DNA from: a virus
Taxonomy: Duplodnaviria > Caudoviricetes
IMG/VR virus record: IMGVR_UViG_3300043344_000002
Coordinates: 29,055-93,054 of that record
Strand: one strand, 5' to 3'
DNA length: 64,000 nt
Part shown: positions 1-8,661 of the stretch, piece by piece
Numbering within the stretch: the first letter of the stretch is position 1
Layout of the letters: every line of letters starts with the position of its first letter
The notes under the pieces: model-generated
Database searches by the model: none
What the model saw: only the letters and a program-made list of their open reading frames with translations
What the model was told of the DNA's origin: nothing
Position numbers and translations under genes: made by a program

Positions 1-474
1 CGAGTTAGGACAGATGATGAGAGCAGGCAGTGCGTTTTTACGTTCGTGCTCATGCGCAAGATTAAGTGCTAGTGTTTGAAGACTTTTGCCTGTTCCCATA
101 TCATCACCAAGTAGCCCTGACTTGGCTCGTCGCATGAACTCAACGCCAGCACGTTGATATGAATACAGGTGTTCATCGAGGCCTGGAATCGCCGGCCACT
201 CAAGCAAGCTGCGAACCTCGAGAGCCGGATCAATGCGCTCTCTACGGAGGACCCAGGCCCAGTCGATGAGTGCTGGAGTGAGCGTGAACGTCTCCTTGAA
301 CACACCACGAAGTGTTACGAGTGAGGCCCAGGTTGGTGGCACAGCCCAGATCTTCTTGTTGGGCAGCCACTTGCAACCAGAGACCTTTTTCACAAGTTCT
401 TTTGCGTTCCATTCGGTAACAAGTGTGATTACTTGATTACCTTTTTCATCAACGCCAATGTCACCAAGAGGCAT
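1..474 (-). CDS. SNF2-family (SF2) helicase, N-terminal part, runs off window
   Basis: Manual translation MPLGDIG...LYSYQRAGVEFM...LLGDDMGTGKSLQTL...ALIICPNS gives Q motif, Walker A and motif Ia; ATG overlaps the upstream TAA. Confidence 0.88.
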   Translation of the reverse strand, partial: MPLGDIGVDEKGNQVITLVTEWNAKELVKKVSGCKWLPNKKIWAVPPTWASLVTLRGVFKETFTLTPALIDWAWVLRRERIDPALEVRSLLEWPAIPGLDEHLYSYQRAGVEFMRRAKSGLLGDDMGTGKSLQTLALNLAHEHERKNALPALIICPNS

Positions 475-926
475 TATGCGCCGTTCTTTCGTCTTGCTGC
501 ATTACTTGCGATGCGAGTTGCGGCAATTTTCTTATTACGAGCTTCTTTTTGTTCTGGAGTCAATCTAGCGTAACGCTCACGTGCCATAGCACTACGTTCT
601 TCTGGAGTTGACTTTGCTTTCCACGCACCTTTTGCTGCGAGACCTGCTTTACGCGAAATTTCTGATCGTCGTTCTGGTGAAAGAGCAGCCTGTCGTCCTG
701 CGGCTGCACGCTTTCCACGCTCAGTGCCATGCGCTTTTTCGTGACAACGAGTACAAAGCCATTGGACACTGAGATGATGCTCTTCGCTATAACCCATATG
801 ATGATGCGCCACAATTTTGTTCGGCGAATCACCACAATCTTGACAAGATGTAGGCCTTATGAGAACACCATCACGTACAGCACGTGATACTGCTCGATGT
901 GCCAAACGTTGTTCTTGTGGAATCAC
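474..926 (-). CDS. HNH-type endonuclease with basic C-terminal tail
   Basis: CQDC...AHHHMGY...WLCTRCH; GTG start at 926 after AGGAG (ORF track extends to 1037). Confidence 0.7.
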   Translation of the reverse strand: MIPQEQRLAHRAVSRAVRDGVLIRPTSCQDCGDSPNKIVAHHHMGYSEEHHLSVQWLCTRCHEKAHGTERGKRAAAGRQAALSPERRSEISRKAGLAAKGAWKAKSTPEERSAMARERYARLTPEQKEARNKKIAATRIASNAARRKNGA

Positions 927-936
927 GCACGTTCTC

Positions 937-1122
937 CTAGCGTACGACGCGAAGTGCGTGACGTCCGGTTGCCTCTTCGTGAAGACTGGTGGCCCACTCG
1001 ATGTTGGCACCGGTGTGAATTTGATTAAAGTATGCATTCATCGACTTCTTGTCGATGGCATTCGCTAGGAATGCAGCAATGAGGCCCACTATCCAGGCAG
1101 TGACCATTTCTGAGAGAGACAT
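937..1122 (-). CDS. small membrane protein
   Basis: N-terminal hydrophobic helix, AAGGA RBS. Confidence 0.5.
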   Translation of the reverse strand: MSLSEMVTAWIVGLIAAFLANAIDKKSMNAYFNQIHTGANIEWATSLHEEATGRHALRVVR

Positions 1123-1181
1123 GCCATAATCCTTTCCGATATTCCGTGTTAAGGAGAATCTATCAAGTAATTACACGACGG

Positions 1182-1685
1182 TTAGACACCCGAGTTGGCA
1201 AGCATTGCGTCAAAAATGGACGCCTTAAAGCGAGCAAGAGCGAGTGTCGCATGACGTGCTGCGTCGTTTACGTCATTCGCGTCGGGCAGGTTAACCTCTT
1301 TTGGCGTCGTGTAAAAACCAAGTCGTTTCAGCATTTCGTTAGGCGCAAATGCCTTTACATCACCCGGCGGCATCATAACGAAGCGAGTCGAGAACCGTTC
1401 GATGAGTATCTTAACGATGCCAATCGCCTGCAGAGCGGTTGGCTGCTGCGTACGCTTTCCAGTCTCCGGAGTTACTGTGTACCGCTCGCAAGCGACTAGC
1501 GCACCCTCTGAACTCTTGTTAGCGGCGTAGAGTGTCTCCTCCAACCAGTTTACTGCCGTCGAAACGTCGGTCTGTAGAAAGTGCATGCGTTCTGCGTGCT
1601 TTTCATGAAGTTTGAGCGCGAAAATGCCCATACTGTCACCGGGATCGACACCGATGATAAGACCAAGAGGTTTGATGATTGTCAT
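1182..1685 (-). CDS. ruvC: RuvC-like Holliday junction resolvase
   Basis: IIGVDPG, ACERY and NDAARHA acidic catalytic motifs; ATGA overlap with polA. Confidence 0.78.
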   Translation of the reverse strand: MTIIKPLGLIIGVDPGDSMGIFALKLHEKHAERMHFLQTDVSTAVNWLEETLYAANKSSEGALVACERYTVTPETGKRTQQPTALQAIGIVKILIERFSTRFVMMPPGDVKAFAPNEMLKRLGFYTTPKEVNLPDANDVNDAARHATLALARFKASIFDAMLANSGV

Positions 1686-3490
1686 CCGCACTCACCCCAA
1701 CGTTGTCCTACGTCAATGGAAGAAGTGATTGGCACGCTGAGTAGTTTATCGTCATTCATGACATCATGCAATGTTACCATGACATCGTCGAACACATCAT
1801 TGGGAATGTCAAGGTCAATCTCGTCGTGCACGGGAATTGTCATATATGGTCCGAGTCCAGCAGCATCAGCCTCCACAATCTTCATCTTGAGAATCTCGCC
1901 AGCTGTGCCCTGGATTTTGTAATTAACCAACGCATACAACTTACCCGCGTCAACTGTAAACTTACGACCAGTGAGTGGTGAACGTACGTACGCTTCACCA
2001 GTCAGGTTGAGATTCGCGCGACCTTCGGCTTCCACTTCTTTAATCCAGGTGGGTACACGCTCGTACGTCTTATCGAAGTCACGCATAAACTGACCGGCTT
2101 CATCCTCAGGTACGCCTGCGGTCTTAGCGAACTTCGGGATACCCGCGCCGTAGATCTTCGCGTAACCACCATTCTTAAGCAGCTGCCTACGAGGATCAGC
2201 CTTTGCAAAGTCAGGCTCGTGAAACAGTCGAGTTCCCATGTTAACGAAAAAGTCACCGGGAGTCATGAACGCTTCAATCATACCCGGGTCTTGTGACATA
2301 TGCGCCATGACCCGCATTTCGATCTGCCCGAAGTCTGCCTTAGCCCAACGATGATCGATCGATGCAATGAAGCAATTGCGAATCTTTTTGCCAAACTTAG
2401 TCCTGACCGGGACGTTTTGAAGATTGGGATCGCTCATCGACATGCGACCCGTGCGAACTCCAGAGCCTCCACCAGGCTCGAATGGGTTCTTATCGGTGCC
2501 ACCGACCGTATTGATCGATGGATGGATCTTACCGTCCCACTCCGACATCTTAAGATAGTTCGCGAGGTAGGTCGATACCATCTTCTGTGCACGCCGACGG
2601 CCGAGGACAGTTGCTGCTAGCGGGTGATCAATGCTCTCGAGAACCTCTTTGTCCAGTGAGTAAGCGCCACCGTCGGTCATCTTGGTGAACTCGACTCCGA
2701 ATGACTGAAGCTTCTCGATGACCTTGGCGTTGGCGCCAGGCGAGATGCCATGGACGTCATGGCACCACTTCTCAGCCTGATCGACGTATACGCTAAGTTC
2801 ATCCATCAACTTCTGTGTGTACTCACGGTCGACGACGACACCCTTGTTCTCCATACGGCGAGCAACCCACGACACTGCAAGTTCAAGTTCGTATGACTTA
2901 GGCGCCTCGGCCATCACCCGCGGGTAGAGCTCATCCTTGAGTTGCATGGTGAGAATCGTGTCGAGCCCACCATACATCCAATAGGCCTCGAGGTCAATTG
3001 GCACTGTGGCCCAGTTCCAGCCACCGGCCTTCATCGCATCGTCCAGTTGATGCTGGAAGTTGCCTGCACGCCTATCGACGAGACGTCGCGTGAGAGTCTT
3101 GAGCGCAGTGGAGCCGGTCGACTCGAGAACGTGCGACATGAGTCGAGTGTCGTGGCACCTGGACTCAGGCAATGATACACCGAGAGTGCCGCGAATCATA
3201 TCCGCGTCATATGTCAAGTTATGCGCGACGAACGTTCCCTGGAAGCGCTTGAGCATATCTGCGCCGAACGCTCCCCACCCGGGAAAGTCGATGGGAATGC
3301 AGTACGCGGTTTGTCGGTCACCGAACTGGAGAAGACGTACCTTATCGATGCGTGTGTTCAAACCTGTGCCCTCGCTATCGATGGCGACTTCATCACACGT
3401 CGATAGCCACCTCTGACACTCCCAAGCAGTCTCAATGTTGTCAATGTAATGAATACCACGAACCTCATCAAGACTCACGCGGAACCTCAC
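1682..3490 (-). CDS. polA: DNA polymerase I family (3'-5' exonuclease + polymerase)
   Basis: Exo AIDSEG, HNLTYD; RTGRMSMSDPNLQN; motif A KADFGQIEMR, motif B RQLLKNGGYAKIYG, motif C PVHDEI. Confidence 0.97.
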   Translation of the reverse strand: MRFRVSLDEVRGIHYIDNIETAWECQRWLSTCDEVAIDSEGTGLNTRIDKVRLLQFGDRQTAYCIPIDFPGWGAFGADMLKRFQGTFVAHNLTYDADMIRGTLGVSLPESRCHDTRLMSHVLESTGSTALKTLTRRLVDRRAGNFQHQLDDAMKAGGWNWATVPIDLEAYWMYGGLDTILTMQLKDELYPRVMAEAPKSYELELAVSWVARRMENKGVVVDREYTQKLMDELSVYVDQAEKWCHDVHGISPGANAKVIEKLQSFGVEFTKMTDGGAYSLDKEVLESIDHPLAATVLGRRRAQKMVSTYLANYLKMSEWDGKIHPSINTVGGTDKNPFEPGGGSGVRTGRMSMSDPNLQNVPVRTKFGKKIRNCFIASIDHRWAKADFGQIEMRVMAHMSQDPGMIEAFMTPGDFFVNMGTRLFHEPDFAKADPRRQLLKNGGYAKIYGAGIPKFAKTAGVPEDEAGQFMRDFDKTYERVPTWIKEVEAEGRANLNLTGEAYVRSPLTGRKFTVDAGKLYALVNYKIQGTAGEILKMKIVEADAAGLGPYMTIPVHDEIDLDIPNDVFDDVMVTLHDVMNDDKLLSVPITSSIDVGQRWGECG

Positions 3491-3980
3491 AGCCGTGTCG
3501 GTACATCCATGATTGCGTTTTAGGGATATTACACACCGGACAAGGCGTGCGAATAACTTTCTTTCCTAGTTTTTGCGCAGCAAGTTGTGCACGAATTTCA
3601 GGTGTATGAGTCTTTCCATAAAAGCCGTTTTCTTCGCCTGATCGTCCGGTATTGCGCATTAGACCACTGTCGTAAGCCTCTTTTACACCTTCACTGATTT
3701 TCTTACGCTGTTCATCAGTGAATTTAATACCATGTCGACGAGCATGTACTTTTTGATGACATGATTGACAAAGCCACTCGATGTCGGTCAAGTGGTCATC
3801 ATCATATCCGTTTGAATGATGTGCGTCAATTAGTGCTTTACCATTTTTCGCAACACCTGGGCATGCATTGCAGCGAGAACACTCTTTTGGGCGAACGAGT
3901 ACACCATTCTTAAGAGCCCGATTGACTGCGCGACGCGCTTTCTTACGTTGCTCTACATCCACATCACGGGTGTCAATCAA
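3468..3980 (-). CDS. HNH homing endonuclease with NUMOD3-like motif
   Basis: CSRC...AHHSNGY...WLCQSCH plus NGFYGKTHTPEIRA; paralog of 474-926. Confidence 0.75.
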   Translation of the reverse strand: MIDTRDVDVEQRKKARRAVNRALKNGVLVRPKECSRCNACPGVAKNGKALIDAHHSNGYDDDHLTDIEWLCQSCHQKVHARRHGIKFTDEQRKKISEGVKEAYDSGLMRNTGRSGEENGFYGKTHTPEIRAQLAAQKLGKKVIRTPCPVCNIPKTQSWMYRHGCEVPRES

Positions 3981-4125
3981 CGAATGCTCCTATTGTAGCC
4001 AGTCGAATGATCCGCGTACCTTACGCTGCACGGCCTTACGACCATGCTTACGACCAAGTCCATAGGCAAAGCAAACTGCGACGAAGATAAGTACGAATTC
4101 CATATCAGTTCCTATGTTCCGAGAA

Positions 4126-4815
4126 TCAGAGCAGTTCGGCATGTACGTCAACACCGAGTGACAAGAGTAGACGAGTACCACTGTCATCGCGGTACTGTTC
4201 AGCGGCGACGACTCGAACAATGCCTGCGTTCATAATCAGCTTGGCGCACTCCAAGCATGGAGCCATGGTCGTGTACAACGTAGCACCTTCGGTTGCCACG
4301 CCATTCTTCGCGGCAAATGCGATGGCGTTAGCCTCAGCATGAACACTGAACTTACACGGTTGACGTGATGCGCATTCTACCCAGTGATGCTTGGGATCAG
4401 GGTTCGTTGGCAGCTTTGTGCAGTCACACGCGTGATTACAGTGAGGAAGTCCGGCGGCGGTGCCGTTGTACCCACTGGACACTGGCCTCGTCTCAATGAC
4501 GATGACAGCACCGACCTGTGCGCGAGAGCATGTGGCACGATCGGCCATCAACTTTGCCATTTGCATGAGTGTCTGATCCATCGATGGACGCGTGATGACG
4601 ACCTTACGAAATGGTACCACAAATTGTGCGTGATACTTACGAAGCGTTGCGATGGCCTCATCGCGAGTGATGAAGAACATTGTTGACTTACGCTTATCAG
4701 TGGCGGTCCAGGAGTATCGCAGACCGTGATTTGTGATACTCGCCCACGTAATTCCAATGCGTTCACCATCGTTGGTAAAGATAGCCATGGCTGTGTCAGA
4801 ACTTTCCTCACTCAT
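4126..4815 (-). CDS. dCMP deaminase
   Basis: CSRAQVGAV, SGYNG, HAEANA, PCLECAK zinc-deaminase motifs. Confidence 0.92.
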   Translation of the reverse strand: MSEESSDTAMAIFTNDGERIGITWASITNHGLRYSWTATDKRKSTMFFITRDEAIATLRKYHAQFVVPFRKVVITRPSMDQTLMQMAKLMADRATCSRAQVGAVIVIETRPVSSGYNGTAAGLPHCNHACDCTKLPTNPDPKHHWVECASRQPCKFSVHAEANAIAFAAKNGVATEGATLYTTMAPCLECAKLIMNAGIVRVVAAEQYRDDSGTRLLLSLGVDVHAELL

Positions 4816-5681
4816 ACTGGTACCGTATCTTCACTTGGGAGTAGGGTCTCGATTAGGTCAAGCTGCTTAGTGTACCACGGATTGGCTTCATCTTCAGCCG
4901 TTGTCGTGTTGCCATCAAGCAGGTAGGCTGCTATGTCGATTGAGTACGTCTCGCGGTTGGGTGAGCAAATGCCAAGTGGCAAGTCAACGAAATCGATGTC
5001 AGTCGGCGCGTGCAACTTATTCGCAGCTGCGATGTCACGCTCGTAAATGTGTAGACTTGTCGTGTGGTGCACGTACTGACCAACGGGCATACGCAGTTCA
5101 TTTGCGATGGTGTGTTGAAGCTGCGTGAACATGAAGATGTCGTATGGTACGCCCAACCACACGTCCTGACTACGCATGTGCGTGTGCATCTCTAGTGCTG
5201 CAAAGCCATGACCACTCTCGCGAATGAGAAATTGGAAGAACACGGTGCACGGCTTATCACCAACGTGTCGAAGATCTGCCTTGTTCCAGATGCTCACAAT
5301 CGCTTGCCGACTGGACGGATCATCCTTGAGGAGTGCGATGCAGTCTGCGAGCTGTTCGACCACGCGCGGACCGTACGCTCCGTAATCGGGATCTGTAGCA
5401 TCCACCAGGACACTTTCGAACGTTGGAGCAGCTACCCTGACCAGGTCGGCTCGGGCAACACCAGAGATGAGCTGGAGCGCTTCAAGCGCCGCCAACTTCA
5501 GGTTCACCCCACGTCCAACACCGATTGGAAGTAGTGGTTCGAGCGTGTTGGGAATGATCATTGTCACAGCAGTGAGTTCACGCGTCGGCATGTCGCGTAC
5601 GACTACGTGTTCACCACGATTGATCACATGGTTTACGAGCTTGACGTAACTACCACGTAGATCATTGAGCTTCAGTTCCAT
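4812..5681 (-). CDS. thymidylate-synthase-family enzyme, probably dCMP (hydroxy)methylase
   Basis: YGPR, SRQA, PC catalytic Cys, MRSQDVWLGVPYD, SLHIY; Asp at the specificity position where ThyA has Asn. Confidence 0.8.
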   Translation of the reverse strand: MELKLNDLRGSYVKLVNHVINRGEHVVVRDMPTRELTAVTMIIPNTLEPLLPIGVGRGVNLKLAALEALQLISGVARADLVRVAAPTFESVLVDATDPDYGAYGPRVVEQLADCIALLKDDPSSRQAIVSIWNKADLRHVGDKPCTVFFQFLIRESGHGFAALEMHTHMRSQDVWLGVPYDIFMFTQLQHTIANELRMPVGQYVHHTTSLHIYERDIAAANKLHAPTDIDFVDLPLGICSPNRETYSIDIAAYLLDGNTTTAEDEANPWYTKQLDLIETLLPSEDTVPV

Positions 5682-6646
5682 TAGGACCCTTCAACACGAT
5701 CGTAGAGTGTTACCTGATTACGATCGATGATATCGCTTACATACTCTGCCGCTGAACCGTGCTTAAACCTGCGAATGAATTGGGGGTGATGAACTGAACG
5801 ATCAACCCAGTGCGCTTCCTTGCCCGCTTTACGACCAAGTGCAACCGACGTTGGCGTACCCAACGTGTGTCGTAGCAAGTGAATGTCATCAACGTCGCAC
5901 GCGTTGGCGATACCGATGGTGTTAAGCCAACGTGGGTCGGCGTGCCGAGCAAGTGCGTTTGTGAGGTAGTGCCCAGAGGTGGACGGGTATGGCATAAACG
6001 CTGGACGGAAGTCACCTCGATCTCGCGGAAGTTCAAGATCGTGACGTACATCACCAACGAGAAGCAACCTCGGTGAGGGCGGGCCAATATACGTTATGAA
6101 CGAATTGAGCTTCGCTGTGGCCGTCGACTCAACGCAAGCTCGATGAATGATGGCTTGGATGGTGTCATCAGTCACGTGTCGGCCATCTACGCGAACTACC
6201 GGCAGTATGGTCTTTTCTTCGACGAAGCTGTAGAGCGTGTTGAGCTCGTGACCCTTGCCCGGTTCAATGAGATCATCACCGCGACGAGAGATGCACTGCT
6301 CAAGAGTGCGATCATCAGCCATCACATGAACAACAATCGCACCACGGGAGCGAAGAAACAACTCAATGTGTAGGTTGATGCCGGGGTCCAGTTGGGAGGG
6401 ACGGTGTAGTACCGTGGGGTAGACCGATTCGCCCCAGTGGAACCGATCGCAGATGATGTGGTGCCCGATTTGGGGGCGGTAGCGAAGTAGTGGAGTTTCG
6501 TACTCATCGAGTGGATGCAATTCAGGTGGACCCTTATGAATAAGAGTCACGTCGTTGTTGGGAAATTGCTTCTCGAGTTCACATGCGAGTTTACTCGCAA
6601 GAGTTGATTTCCCGCTACAGTCGGGCCCTTCGAGAATTATGAGCAA
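5681..6646 (-). CDS. dNMP kinase (thymidylate-kinase-like) fused to a UDG-superfamily-like domain
   Basis: ILEGPDCSGKS P-loop, CDRF; C-terminal LLLVGD...SGHYL...VALGRKA...HHPQF. Confidence 0.75.
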   Translation of the reverse strand: MLIILEGPDCSGKSTLASKLACELEKQFPNNDVTLIHKGPPELHPLDEYETPLLRYRPQIGHHIICDRFHWGESVYPTVLHRPSQLDPGINLHIELFLRSRGAIVVHVMADDRTLEQCISRRGDDLIEPGKGHELNTLYSFVEEKTILPVVRVDGRHVTDDTIQAIIHRACVESTATAKLNSFITYIGPPSPRLLLVGDVRHDLELPRDRGDFRPAFMPYPSTSGHYLTNALARHADPRWLNTIGIANACDVDDIHLLRHTLGTPTSVALGRKAGKEAHWVDRSVHHPQFIRRFKHGSAAEYVSDIIDRNQVTLYDRVEGS

Positions 6647-6664
6647 CTTACTTTCCTTTGATCG

Positions 6665-6901
6665 TTACTTGGTGATGTACTCTGCGTTACGTGCGACGAT
6701 GAGTCTATCATCTCCATCACCATCTGAGCTAGTAATAGCTTCGATGATGGACACAACGTCGGTCTCGAGTTCATACGCGATGGCTTCATCCACCGTCATA
6801 TCGGGGTATGCGTCGAGTTGAATGTCAGCCGTGTACACCAACTCGTATTTCACTCGAATGAAACCGGACTTGTGCTCATCAGAGAGTGGAGGCATCTTCA
6901 T
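6665..6901 (-). CDS. hypothetical acidic protein
   Basis: ORF coupled within the operon. Confidence 0.55.
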   Translation of the reverse strand: MKMPPLSDEHKSGFIRVKYELVYTADIQLDAYPDMTVDEAIAYELETDVVSIIEAITSSDGDGDDRLIVARNAEYITK

Positions 6902-7223
6902 CCCTTGCCTGTGCCTTCATGAACTCGATGTAGTGAATGGCCTTATCGAGATCCTCGATGCCACCCTTATCGCGATACCGAGTGACGAGCTTGATCACGT
7001 TACCCTGACAGAAGTCCAGTGAGTTCGCCAGAATGTACTCGATTGGCTGGATCGCAAGCTGCCGATAGTGGTTGCCGCCAACTTGCCGTTCGAGAGGCTG
7101 AGGAAGACTGGAGGCCCCAGCGGATTGCTTAAATTCTTCGATTATGTCTTGCGCATACTGCGGTAGGGGAACTGATGTCATGATGGATCGCTCACCAGCG
7201 GGTTCGTTGATCATAGCTCCCAT
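6879..7223 (-). CDS. DUF3310 / T7 gp1.7-like nucleotide kinase
   Basis: QVGGNHY...QPIEYI...FCQGNVIK..R...KGGIEDLDKA pattern. Confidence 0.85.
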   Translation of the reverse strand: MGAMINEPAGERSIMTSVPLPQYAQDIIEEFKQSAGASSLPQPLERQVGGNHYRQLAIQPIEYILANSLDFCQGNVIKLVTRYRDKGGIEDLDKAIHYIEFMKAQARDEDASTL

Positions 7224-7255
7224 GTGCTCTCCTGTTTAAATCCCAGGTGGGAATT

Positions 7256-7291
7256 AAAAGAGGGGACCGGGCCTACCCTGGCCCGGCCCCC
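7256..7291 (-). terminator. Rho-independent terminator after the RNA locus
   Basis: GGGGCCGGGCC/GGCCCGGTCCCC hairpin followed by TCTTTT. Confidence 0.7.
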
Positions 7292-7299
7292 AAGAATGT

Positions 7300-7371
7300 T
7301 GTCACGTGCCGGATTCGAACCGGCGACATACAGATTATAAGTCTGTGGCTCTACCACTGAGCTACCGTGTC
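7300..7371 (-). tRNA. tRNA-Ile(UAU) with imperfect acceptor stem
   Basis: TAGCTCAGTGGTAGAGC D arm, ACAGA-CTTATAA-TCTGT anticodon arm, GCCGG-TTCGAAT-CCGGC T arm; 2 acceptor mismatches, no encoded CCA. Confidence 0.75.
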
Positions 7372-7425
7372 GGCTGTTACCTGTGATTACGTTTCCGACG
7401 ACGTTTAAGAGCAAGACTCAGGTTT

Positions 7426-7509
7426 AATTCGCAAGCGTGTTGCCGCTAACACCATGCGCGCATGATTTGGAGCGCGCACCTGGATTCGAACCAGGGTCTC
7501 TCGCTAATT
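7426..7509 (-). ncRNA. circularly permuted tRNA-like domain (YrlA-like topology), Gly-like acceptor
   Basis: Order: GCGAG, T arm CCTGG-TTCGAAT-CCAGG, acceptor TGCGCGC-TCCA-AATCAT-GCGCGCA, D arm GTGT/ACAC, CTTGC. Confidence 0.8.
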
Positions 7510-7597
7510 GGGTCAAGCCCGGTTGATCCGGAATCGCACAAGCTGAGTTTGAGGTCTGTGGTACGACAAGTTGATTTGTGAAGCTGAAGAGACCGCG

Positions 7598-7670
7598 TCC
7601 GGTGCCTCTGCCATTGGGCTACCTCAGCATGAGTGCCGAGGGTAGGGGTCGAACCTACGCTATGTCCGGA
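7598..7670 (-). ncRNA. circularly permuted tRNA-like domain (YrlA-like topology), Leu-like acceptor
   Basis: Order: TCCGG, T arm GTAGG-TTCGACC-CCTAC, acceptor CCTCGGCA-CTCA-TGCTGAGG, D arm GCC..GGC, CCGGA. Confidence 0.8.
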
Positions 7671-7705
7671 TTCTTCGCTTATTGAAATTGAGGTTGGTAC
7701 CGCGC

Positions 7706-7799
7706 TGCGTAGACGGGATTCGAACCCGCAGACTTCCAGGCATCTTCCACCACAAAGATGTTGTTCCTGGCTGCTCTGAACCGTGTGAGCACCTACGCA
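7706..7799 (-). ncRNA. tRNA-like element with anticodon loop replaced by a hairpin
   Basis: TGCGTAG/CTACGCA acceptor, GCTC/GAGC D stem, CCAGG/CCTGG stem enclosing a CATCTT/AAGATG hairpin, GCGGG-TTCGAAT-CCCGT T arm. Confidence 0.7.
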
Positions 7800-7877
7800 A
7801 ACCTTGCAGATCCGAACATTCCCCGGTCGTCGATTCGCGGACGAATTTGGTCGACTAGGAAACTCTATCAAACGCGA

Positions 7878-8615
7878 CTAGCGGTCGAGCAGGAAGCCGA
7901 AGAGCGCGTCGCCGACGAACACGTCATCCACAACGATGACGTTGGCTTCCTCACGAGCGAGCTTGACGGCATCGATCAGCTCGTTGATTCGACCGACCAG
8001 CGTGTGCTGCTGCGCCGTCGTGAACGCACCCGAGAAGTGCGTGGTCGCCCACGTACCAACGATCTGGTCACGAGTACGGTCACGCGTCTGCGCCGCGTGC
8101 TTCTCAGTCGCCGGCACGACGATGACCGTCTCTTCGAGCTTCTCGGAACGAGTCGTCTCGGTCGGCCGAGTCCGACTGATGCCCGTCACCTCGTCAGTCG
8201 TCCACTCCTTTGCACTGTCCAAAGTGGGGCACGCCGTCACGAAGGTACGCACGTCGATGAGCTGCTTCTCGAGGAAGAGGAGCGTGCTGGTCGGCACATC
8301 CTCGAGAAGAACCTGTCCACGCACCTTGATATCAGCACGAGCGATCTGGTTGCCCACGTCGCGCGTCGCCGTGATGTCCCAGTAGGACGTCATGTCCGTA
8401 GCGATGGCCTGCAGTAGCGACGTAGCGACCAACTGGACCTGCTGAGCTTCGGCCGGAAGAGGGGTTCCGTCCTCGGCCTTAGGCGTGTACTCACGGGCAA
8501 GACCCGCGAAGAGAGTCGGCTTCTGCACGTTCTTGTACGCGGCACTGACGATTGCGCCGGTACGAGCCTTGATCGTTCGCTGCAGCATGACGATGGAGAT
8601 GAGACGCTTTCCCAT
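7878..8615 (-). CDS. conserved coiled-coil protein (resembles the actinobacterial DUF7873-like family)
   Basis: LLFLEKQL, W.TT.FSGA and AVKLAREEAN motifs recognised from memory; strong codon bias; good RBS. Confidence 0.7.
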   Translation of the reverse strand: MGKRLISIVMLQRTIKARTGAIVSAAYKNVQKPTLFAGLAREYTPKAEDGTPLPAEAQQVQLVATSLLQAIATDMTSYWDITATRDVGNQIARADIKVRGQVLLEDVPTSTLLFLEKQLIDVRTFVTACPTLDSAKEWTTDEVTGISRTRPTETTRSEKLEETVIVVPATEKHAAQTRDRTRDQIVGTWATTHFSGAFTTAQQHTLVGRINELIDAVKLAREEANVIVVDDVFVGDALFGFLLDR

Positions 8616-8661
8616 GATTCCTTACCTATGATTGAAGTCGAGATTGAGGTTGAGTGGTGGA

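Noticed and set aside
3468-3980. Group I intron interrupting polA
   Set aside because: polA looks complete from its exonuclease N-terminus and the HNH gene is free-standing upstream, with no room for an intron core
7470-7628. Intron-containing tRNA made from the 5' half at ~7628 and the 3' half at ~7490
   Set aside because: Acceptor strands GCTGAGG and TGCGCGC do not pair; each pairs with its adjacent partner in permuted order
7211-7871. ORFs 7211-7414 and 7446-7871
   Set aside because: They overlap the tRNA and tRNA-like structures and lack RBS and coding bias
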